Shown here: in pieces, positions 21,953 through 30,053 of the stretch
Position numbering within the stretch: position 1 is the first letter of the stretch
Layout of the letters: the number at the start of each line of letters is the position of its first letter
NCBI GenBank assembly: GCA_001643675.2
Contig: LSRY02000024.1
Location: forward strand, 930,001-994,000
DNA from: Monocercomonoides exilis PA203
Taxonomy: Eukaryota > Protista > Preaxostyla
Direction of reading: 5' to 3'
DNA length: 64,000 bases
Position numbers and translations under genes: made by a program
The notes under the pieces: model-generated
Databases searched by the model: none
Seen by the model: only the letters and a program-made list of their open reading frames with translations
Told to the model about the DNA's origin: nothing

Positions 21953-23958
21953 GGGTTATTATTTTATCTTGACCCTTTTTCTTTATTCTGACCCAAAAAA
22001 ATGAAGTGTGAAAAGTTCAAAAAATAACTTCATTAAAAGAAAACAAAATCAGAATTAATTCTTCTGATAACTTTTCTTTTTCCTTCACCTCGATTTAATG
22101 CATTATCTTTCTTTTCTTCATCAGAATCATCGTTTTTCACATGAAGAAATCTTCTTTTTATTTTTTTCTTTTCATCCACAACAGTCTTCACTTCATCTTT
22201 CTCCTTTTCATCCATTTCATTTTTCCTTTCAATATTCATTTTCAAATGATTTTCCCATTTCTCTAAAAGATTTTCGTCGGTTATCACTTTTCCATAAAAG
22301 TTGAATCTATTTCTTCGGGATGGAAGAGGGTAAATTGAAGATTCGGGCAGTTTCAAAAGAACTGGCCCAGAAGTATTGTGCAGAACACCACTGCAGACGA
22401 AAGCTTTCTGAATTACAGAAGGAGATAATGCAGTGTGGATGGCTTGAGGCAGAACGTCGGAAATTGCAGCTCGTTTGGAGGAAGATGAAGAGGATGATGG
22501 AGCCTCAAATCTGTTTGTCAGTTCAGATTTGAAAACAGCAAACACTCCTCTGTCCAGTGTTTGACAGAGGTGTGTGCTGTGTGGCACGAAGGTTAAAACG
22601 TCGACTTGTTGTTTTTGGAATTCTCGCCAGATCGATGGATCTGCGCGAGATGCATGCGAGTCAAGAAGGAGAAGAATGTGTTCATTTTCAAGTGACATGC
22701 GCTTTCTTCTTTCGATGATGGATGGAAGAAGAATGGTGAGAGCATACCTTTCAAAGCACTCGTTATCCATCCAGCCGCTTCCATTTGCCCATATCTCAAG
22801 CGTAGGAGATAATAGGCTTTTCAGCTCATCTGGTAGCTTTGCACTTGGCCATAGAATAATAGAAGGAAAGACATATCCGTCCGCTGCAACAGCTGCCACG
22901 AATGTAGAATTGATCATTCTTGGTGGTTCTTTGGTGAAACCTGCTTTTGTGTCTGTAGTATGTACAACAAGCTGTTTTGAGTCTGTGGGAACGCGCGTTG
23001 AAGATTCGTCAATGTTTATAATTAAAGCTGGATTGTAATGGTATTTTTCGTGCAGCTCGTCGAGTGTTTTGTACCAGGGTTTCAAAACACTTCTGCACGA
23101 AACAGCAAGTCTGTTAATGTCCAGATTCTTCGGCGTTCCAGTCTTCAGCTCCTGATGCCGCTTGACAAAGCCATACGTAGCAGACATTGAAACTTCGGTA
23201 AATGGAGCGTCTTCATCGTCGTTGTCGTTTATAATGTTTTCTATCTGAAAAGCAAATAATAAAAACATAAAAATAAAAATAAAGCAAACCAATTCTCTTG
23301 TTTTTTTTAACGTTAAACATGTTCCAGACTTTGCTTCAATATGAATAATATCTAAAACTCTTTGTTCCTTTTCGCCCACTACTGCTGTAGGTCTGCCAAT
23401 TTTTCCAACCAGCCTTCCTTTTCTGAGAGCTCTAACTGCATTTTTTATTCCAGTGCGACTAAATTCCTTAGAATTGATAGCATCAGTTATACGAACAACT
23501 CCATCAACAACGATGTGAGCCATTCGCTCCAGCCGACTGTTGTATTTTCTATACTTGCGCGAAGACATTGCTCTTTGCAGTTTTTTCTGCCCTTCTTTTA
23601 ATTTTATTTCTGTTGATATTTTCATTTTTTTTATAATATTTTTAAGATCATAATAATTTTTTATTTTTTTAATAGAAATGAAATGAAAAAAAATCGAAAA
23701 ATAACATTTTAAACAAACTAAAGGTTTTATGCCCCATGTAACCCTCCAATTCCACACAGAAGTTCAATGAAGGGGTTAAACCCCCCCCATCTCCCCCCCA
23801 TGCGAAATTGGGTTTGTTTCAAAATGTATTTATTTTTTTCAATTGAATTCATATATATACTTAAAAATCTTTTCAAATATGAAATTTTGGGAAAAGTTAA
23901 TGATTAATTAAAAAAGAAGGTCAAGATAAAAAAAAAGGTCGAGATAAAATTATAACCC
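21953..23958 (-). mobile_element. Complete pogo/Fot1-like (Tc1/mariner superfamily) DNA transposon, 2006 bp, ~42 bp imperfect TIRs, TA flanks
   Basis: Left end TA|GGGTTATTATTTTATCTTGACC..., right end ...GGTCGAGATAAAATTATAACCC|TA. The TTATCTTGACC-like motif is doubled in each TIR. Encloses a DDE_1 transposase. Confidence 0.9.
22033..23625 (-). CDS. DDE_1 (pogo/Fot1/CENP-B-like) transposase, DD35D, ~515 aa after removing intron 23245-23289
   Basis: GRPT motif, IINIDES (D1), FVAAVAADG..P.IIL, NGSGWMD, LLLLDSHASR (D2), VPHSTHLCQTLDRGVF (D3, 35 residues after D2). The 45 nt GTTTGC...TTTTCAG segment reads as an out-of-place hydrophobic insert. Confidence 0.9.
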   Translation of the reverse strand: MKISTEIKLKEGQKKLQRAMSSRKYRKYNSRLERMAHIVVDGVVRITDAINSKEFSRTGIKNAVRALRKGRLVGKIGRPTAVVGEKEQRVLDIIHIEAKSGTCLTLKKTRELVCFIFIFMFLLFAFQIENIINDNDDEDAPFTEVSMSATYGFVKRHQELKTGTPKNLDINRLAVSCRSVLKPWYKTLDELHEKYHYNPALIINIDESSTRVPTDSKQLVVHTTDTKAGFTKEPPRMINSTFVAAVAADGYVFPSIILWPSAKLPDELKSLLSPTLEIWANGSGWMDNECFERYALTILLPSIIERRKRMSLENEHILLLLDSHASRADPSIWREFQKQQVDVLTFVPHSTHLCQTLDRGVFAVFKSELTNRFEAPSSSSSSSKRAAISDVLPQAIHTALSPSVIQKAFVCSGVLHNTSGPVLLKLPESSIYPLPSRRNRFNFYGKVITDENLLEKWENHLKMNIERKNEMDEKEKDEVKTVVDEKKKIKRRFLHVKNDDSDEEKKDNALNRGEGKRKVIRRINSDFVFF

Positions 23959-24630
23959 TATCTTTAACTTTTTATATGCAAAATTGAAGTTTTGTTGTTT
24001 ACGTTGAAAAGTCTTTATTAATCCAATTTTTCTTTCTTTCTTATATTTTTACGAATTTTTATAACCCTTCTTTGCTTAGGATATGTAATTTATTTGTTTT
24101 TCGATGATGCTTTTTCGCTTTGCTTTTTACAAAACTTTGAACAAATCATCGAAAATTCTTGCATATATTTTTATTTATCAGCACATTGACCTTTTAAAAT
24201 AGCACTATTACAAATAGTGTAATAGATAAATTTCGATATGACAGTTCTTTTTTTCAAAATTTCACTTTGTTTATTCTTCAATATCTTGCAAAAATCATCA
24301 AGATAAATAATGCCAACTTAATGGAAATGTTATTTTTGTCACAATCGATATACAAAAATCGTTAATATGAGAAACGTTAAACGAATAAGATTTCTCCAAT
24401 ATACTTTGAAGTTGTGCTATTTCTTAATCCTTATTTTTGTAGTATTTCAAAAAAAAATTAAAAAACAAAAAACATCCTCCTTCTTTCACTAATATTACAT
24501 GCGAAAATGATGCTTACTGAAATAAGTCTCAAAGCATTAAATGTATAAAAACTGACGTGCACAATGCAATTAATTTATACGTGCAATTTCGAAAAAAGAT
24601 AAAATAATAAGAATATTGGATATGCCATTG

Positions 24631-25518
24631 ATTATTCAAATTTGGGCAACTAATTATTCGATTTTGGTAAACAAATTATTCAAAATTGTTATTCTTTTTA
24701 TTCGAAATTAATAAACTTATTATTTGAAATTGGTAAACTTATTATTTATAATGAATAAAATTGAGAATTTTTCAAAAAAAAATTGTTTTTGTGTAAAATT
24801 GGTTTTTGTCTGAATGTGGGAAAGTGAGAAAATATTATGTTCAGTTAATACTTGAAATATTGATGAGAAATTGAACCTCTCATATTATTATTTGTTGAAA
24901 AACATAATAAAATCCACATTTTCAGAAAAAAATCATCATCATTGAAATCGGATAATTTTCAAATGTATTCTCATCACATTCTTAAATCATGAATATTTCA
25001 AACATGAAATGTTATTCGCACTAATTATAAAAACAAAATACAAATTTGTTTCGCAACTAAACAAATCCATAAATGCATTTTCGAAATTCTTCTATTGTTA
25101 TTTATTATTTATCTTAAGATATTTTTCTTCAAATAACATTTCATGTTTGAAATATTCATGATTTAAGAATGTGATGAGAATACATTTGAAAATTATCCGA
25201 TTTCAATGATGATGATTTTTTTCTGAAAATGTGGATTTTATTATGTTTTTCAACAAATAATAATATGAGAGGTTCAATTTCTCATCAATATTTCAAGTAT
25301 TAACTGAACATAATATTTTCTCACTTTCCCACATTCAGACAAAAACCAATTTTTCACAAAAACAATTTTTTTTTTGAAAAATTCTCAATTTTATTCATTA
25401 TAAATAATAAGTTTACCAATTTCAAATAATAAGTTTATTAATTTCGAATAAAAAGAATAACAATTTTGAATAATTTGTTTACCAAAATCGAATAATTAGT
25501 TGCCCATATTTAAATAAT
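24631..25518. repeat. Long inverted repeat (foldback-like): arms 24631-25016 and 25132-25518, 115 bp spacer
   Basis: The arms are reverse complements over ~386 bp with about 3 substitutions and 1 indel seen. The outer parts consist of degenerate ~21 bp TTATTCGAAATTGGTAAAC-like subrepeats. Non-coding. Confidence 0.93.
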
Positions 25519-25774
25519 AAATTGTGAATGATCCGAAGATATAACCATCCTCAGATCTTAATGAAATTTTCTTGGTAATTCAACAATGCATTGCACGTTA
25601 TTATCATGCTATTGTCGTTTGTCCGAATTTTATGGTTTTGAAGAAATAATTTTTATTTTTGTAATCAAAGAATTTACAGAAAAAACGATTAATTGTTATA
25701 TATTTCCATCATATTGATATGAAAAAAGTTGTATTTGAATTGAAATGATGTGATATAAACATCAATAATAATCA

Positions 25775-26425
25775 TTATTGTTCATATTCAGATGCACCTT
25801 CACCATCTCCTGCTCCATTGTCACTTACAAATTCAGTTTTCTCTTCTTCAAATTTTTGACCTTGAATATCACCAATGAAAGCAATATCTTTGGATCCTTC
25901 TTCATTTTCATCATCTTCATAGTTTTCAATACAAAGATACAAAACGAGTTCAGTGAAAGTGATATAAAATGAAGATTTGACAAGATAAAGAGAAAGACAA
26001 TCATTCGCAAAAAGAATGCAAGTTCATGCAGACGGAAAAGTGAAATGCAAGTGATGTCGCAAACCCTCTATTACGTTTGTGCATGCTCATGTGTCTTTAT
26101 CAAAGAATTGCCTTTTGTGACAAACTTTCTAATGCACGAACCCCTGAGATTCCAAAATATGAAACACTCTCCACTCATCCGACATAATTGTTGTTCCTTC
26201 ATTAATGTTTTTCTATATTAATGAAATGAATGTTTTCCTTTTTCTATTTCGCTATGCAACCAAGAATCTTTCTCCAGCTCCTCCATCCTCTTTCCTCTCC
26301 ATGCCTTCAAAAATCCAAATTTGTTTCTTCTTTCTTCCACGATGAAATTTTCTTTTCCTCCAAACTGCTTCATGATTTTCCACAATTTTTACTTCTCCTC
26401 CAATAGACTCTCGCCTCTCATTCCA
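25775..26425 (-). pseudogene. Merlin / IS1016-IS1595 (ISXO2-like) transposase pseudogene
   Basis: Manual translation: WNERRESIGGEVKIVENHEAVWRKRKFHRGRKKKQIWIFEGMER..RFLVA*RNRKRKTFISLI*KNINEGTTIMSDEWRVFHILESQGFVH*KVCHKRQFFDKDT*ACTNVIEGL. This matches the Merlin consensus IGG..IVEIDE..KRKYHRGR..WVFGG.ER..GT.I.SD.W..H..VNH..TN.IEG. Several stops; the 5' side is interrupted by MITEs. Confidence 0.88.
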
Positions 26426-26427
26426 TA

Positions 26428-26669
26428 TGTCAAAAATTTTTTGAAAAGTTCCTTTTGTTTTGTTTTCAAATAAAGAAAATATTTCTTTTTATTATCAAAT
26501 TTCTGTTCCCACTCACCAAATTTTCCTGTCAAGAAAATAAAATCTTAACAAGGGTATAATCTTTATTTTTGTGAAGTTTCATGAGAGAGAACAGAAATTT
26601 GATTAAAAAATGAAATTTTTATTTAATTTGAAAATTAAATATATGGAACTTTTCAAAAAAATTTTGACA
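26428..26669. mobile_element. MITE family 1, copy a (242 bp, long TIRs, TA flanks)
   Basis: TA|TGTCAAAAATTTTTTGAAAAGTTCC ... GGAACTTTTCAAAAAAATTTTGACA|TA; imperfect inverted symmetry extends ~85 bp. Confidence 0.88.
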
Positions 26670-26671
26670 TA

Positions 26672-26976
26672 TTGGGTGATTCTTTTTGAAACGTCACAAA
26701 TGTTTAATTTTCAAATAAAATTAAATTTTCATATTTTGCTCAAATTTCTGTTTCAGCTCACAAATCTCCTCAAGAATGTTTGAAATAGCATTATCAATGA
26801 ATAAATTCTATTAAAGTTAGGTTTGATATTTGTTAACAAAATATTTAGCAAAATATGAAATTTTTGATATATTTGAAAATTAAACATTTGTGACTTTTCA
26901 AAAAGAATCACCCATATGAAATTTTAGATTTATTTGAAATATAAACATTTGTGACTTTTCAAATAGAATCACCCAA
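26672..26976. mobile_element. MITE family 2 (related to family 1) with a duplicated right TIR
   Basis: TA|TTGGGTGATTCTTTTTGAAACGTCACAAATGTTTAATTTTCAAATA ... right TIR present twice (ending 26914 and 26976), GAATCACCCAA|TA. Confidence 0.82.
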
Positions 26977-27384
26977 TATGTCAGCAGATATTTCCTGATG
27001 ACACTTCCCCAATAGCCTTCTGTATCAACATCACTTAATAACAACGTTACTACAGTTTCGTTTGGAATTTTTCATCCAATAGTACAGAAAAACAAGTGGA
27101 ATGAATCAAAATCCATTTTTTGTTTTTCAAAATTTCGAAATGGAAAGAATGCAAGTCTTCGTTGAAGACGTCAAACAATCTATATAACTAGATTTTCTAT
27201 CGTTTTGTCCACGATAAAAGATTCTATTTCCTTTGCAAATCGAAATGCGATTTTTTACTATTTCATCGATTAATCAATCCCATATCTTTTCATCATAGTA
27301 TAATAATCGATATAGCTCAAATATTTCTCATTCACGAGAGCTAAATAACACGCACCTCAAGATGAACTTTGATCAAAACCTATA

Positions 27385-27627
27385 TGTCTAAATTTTTTTG
27401 AAAAGTTCCTTTTGTTTAATTGTCAGGTAAAAATGAAAAATGAATATTGTCATCAAATTTTCATTTTTTCTCACCATAATTTCAAAGAATGTGAAAAAAA
27501 CATTATCGAGTATTAATTCGCATGCTGGTTAATTTTGGTGAGTAAGAATGAAAATTTGATGAAAATATTCATTTTTCATTTTAACCTGACAATTTTAAAA
27601 AAGGAACTTTTCAAAAAAATTTTGACA
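27385..27627. mobile_element. MITE family 1, copy b (243 bp, ~90 bp TIRs, TA flanks)
   Basis: TATA|TGTCTAAATTTTTTTGAAAAGTTCC ... GGAACTTTTCAAAAAAATTTTGACA|TATA; same termini and length as 26428-26669. Confidence 0.88.
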
Positions 27628-28008
27628 TATAATACATTTAAAATAAATAAATAATGGGAATATTTTGTTTTTTGAAACGAATTTCCGACCCACAAAACTT
27701 TTTTATTTATTGTTATGATATTTTTGAAAGACAGAATAATTATAAATTTGTGAATTTTGAATGTGAACTTATCTTCGGATCATGTCTTGTCTCTACAGAA
27801 TCTATCTCACTGAACAACGCAGCTCATTCAAGAAGAAATTGATAGACCTGCGCTTTGAGAATACTATTTGTTCATTGGTTGTGCAGAGATGGTTGAGGAA
27901 AAGAAGGATTCAAAATTGACATGTTTTGAGTTTTAAAAGAAAAGTGAATTTGTTGTTTGTTGCAAATGTTGTTGAAACTACAAATAAAGAAATTGCCTTT
28001 TTGAAATA

Positions 28009-29552
28009 CACTGACATCGTTTAAAGTCCGACGCTTATTTTGTTTAACAGTTAACCAGACAAAAGAAGCATTTTTCATTTCGTCTTATATTTATTATTTT
28101 ATTAATTGTTCAACAAACAAAACAGTTATCAAACCTCAAAATAGTTTCTTTTTTTGTCATCGAAAAAATGACATTAATAAAATAATGGTAGAGATTAAGG
28201 TTAGTAAAGTTAACTGACAAAAAATAAGTAATGAAAAATAGAAAGATAAAAGATTAGCAAATCCATATTATTAAACATGCATTGAATTCGGAATGCCAAG
28301 ATCACTGTCACTGAATATGCAGCTGGAAATCAAAAGGCTTCATGCAAAAGGATTCAGCAGAAATGCTATAGCAAGAATAACAAAAACATAGAGAAAATCA
28401 GTCTCAAAATTCATACGCACAAAAACACTTATTACACAAAGAATATTCAAATGCAAACCTGGGCATCCAACATTTCTGATAAGAAAAAACAGATATATCG
28501 TCAAGAAAGCACTGATAGAAAAATTGATACATAGGGCAAGAGATATCCCAAAGTGGACAGGTTTCTATTGCGGTCTTTCCGCAGCACGATCACTGCTGCG
28601 CAATGTTCCGTCCAAATACACACTACGAAAAAAGAAACCATACGAATCGAATTATTCGAAATAACAGAGAAAGGACTTTGCAGAGTGCCATTTGATAGAC
28701 GATGACAAATGGAATCATACCTGTTTCGCGGATGAGAAGAAATTCAACCTTGATGGACCAGATAGTAGAAGGATGACATGGATTCCATCGAATGATCCTA
28801 TTTCCTTCGATCATCAAAGTCAGAAACCTCGAAAAGACTTACGGTGTGGGGTGCAGTTGGTATGGATTTCAAAAGTAATTTATTAATATTTGAAAATACG
28901 ACAAATTCAATTGATAATGTTAATGTTTTGAAGTACACTCTGAAACCGCAAGCTGATACCAAGTGGTCATTTTTCTGGAGATTTGTTCATGATTAAGCAC
29001 CAATTCATAAATCAAAGCTAGTAAAAAAATGCTGTGAAGACAATCGAATTCATTCTGTTTTGTGGCCGCTGTACTCTCCAGATCTAAATCCCATCGAAAA
29101 TGTGTAGAAAATGTTGAGCGATAGGGTTTTAGAGGATGGTGTACCAAAAACATCCATCACACAATTAAAAGATAGTCTCACATCAAATTGGAAAAAAATA
29201 TCACAATTCATGATTAATAACACAATTATGTCAATGTTCGATAGATTATCCGCAGTCATTGAAGCTAAAGGAAGTTACACGAAATATTAAATTAATGAAA
29301 AAAGTTTTTGATTATTATTATTTTTTTTTTTGAAATTTTTTTATGGTTGTGTTCTTGTTGGAACATTTTTTAACTGGAATGGTTCATTTTTCATTTTATT
29401 TTCTTTACTAAAGAAAAATGAAACAATTTTAATAATGATGATGTTTGTTTATTATTAAATATCATTTAAACATAAAGAAAAAACACAACACACAACTATT
29501 TAAATCAAGAGAAAACAATTATAAAAAGGTCGGATAGTTTTCGTTGGCACTG
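28009..29552 (+). mobile_element. Decayed Tc1/Tc3-like DNA transposon, ~1.54 kb, imperfect 24 bp TIRs, TA flanks
   Basis: Left end TA|CACTGACATCGTTTAAAGTCCGAC versus right end (reverse complement) TA|CAGTGCCAACGAAAACTATCCGAC, 15/24 identical. Encloses a Tc1-type transposase remnant. Confidence 0.72.
28293..29290 (+). pseudogene. Tc1/Tc3-family transposase pseudogene
   Basis: MPRSLSLNMQLEIKRLHAKGFSRNAIARITKT*RKSVSKFIR (HTH), WNHTCFADEKKFNLDGPD (Tc3-like D1 block), WPLYSPDLNPIENV*, SMFDRLSAVIEAKGSYTKY* C-terminus. Multiple stops and frameshifts. Confidence 0.9.
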
Positions 29553-30053
29553 TAATAATAAAAACAAATGAAGAAGAATTGAAGCAAATGACATCAACAA
29601 CAGAAAGTGAAGCATCTCAAAAATAACTTTTGTGATATTATCTGCAAGTATGTTCAACCAAAAAATCATATCAACAAATATTGTAAATTAGAGATAAAAT
29701 GATAAAATTCAACGCCATTTAGATTTAAAAAGCCATTGAATAATTTTTAAAGAATACATACACAAATATCAAAGAGCAAGCTTCATCAGTCAACAAAAAA
29801 AATTTGGTATAAACAGGTTAAACTTTAGAAAATTCAAACAACGAACAAAAACAAAAACGAAAGGCTCAAAAAAGAAAAAAAAAAAAAGAAAGAAAGAAAA
29901 AGAAAGAAAGAAGAATAAAATGGAACAAAAGCATTTCGGCAAATGTGCAACTTGCCAAACAAAGCTGAAATAAATGCAGCAATAACATCAAAATTACTAT
30001 TTCCTCACAAAAATCAATCGTCAGCTTTTTTGTAATTTTTCAGTAATCTCACT

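Noticed and set aside
21950-21955. TTAGGG telomeric motif
   Set aside because: A single copy formed by the TA flank plus the transposon terminus.
23626-23757. N-terminal extension of the transposase ORF from an upstream GTG
   Set aside because: Non-ATG start and AT-rich, non-coding-like sequence; ATG 23625 is the plausible start.
24596-24610. 15-mer matching the pogo left TIR (AAGATAAAATAATAA)
   Set aside because: It is almost all A/T, lacks the GGG terminus and GACC box, and has no exact partner; likely chance.
24631-24750. Short ~21 bp repeats as a CRISPR-like array
   Set aside because: They are degenerate tandem units without unique spacers, there are no cas genes, and they are part of the foldback arms.
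21618-26260. Alternative genetic code (TAR = Gln, as in some oxymonads) to explain the internal TAGs
   Set aside because: Conserved genes (DnaJ, NADAR, pogo transposase) end at TAG/TAA at the expected positions, and long ORFs contain no internal TAR. The Merlin relic also has TGA stops, consistent with decay.
29861-29920. A-rich tract as the poly(A) tail of a retroposed receptor copy
   Set aside because: Wrong strand: it is T-rich on the gene's sense strand.
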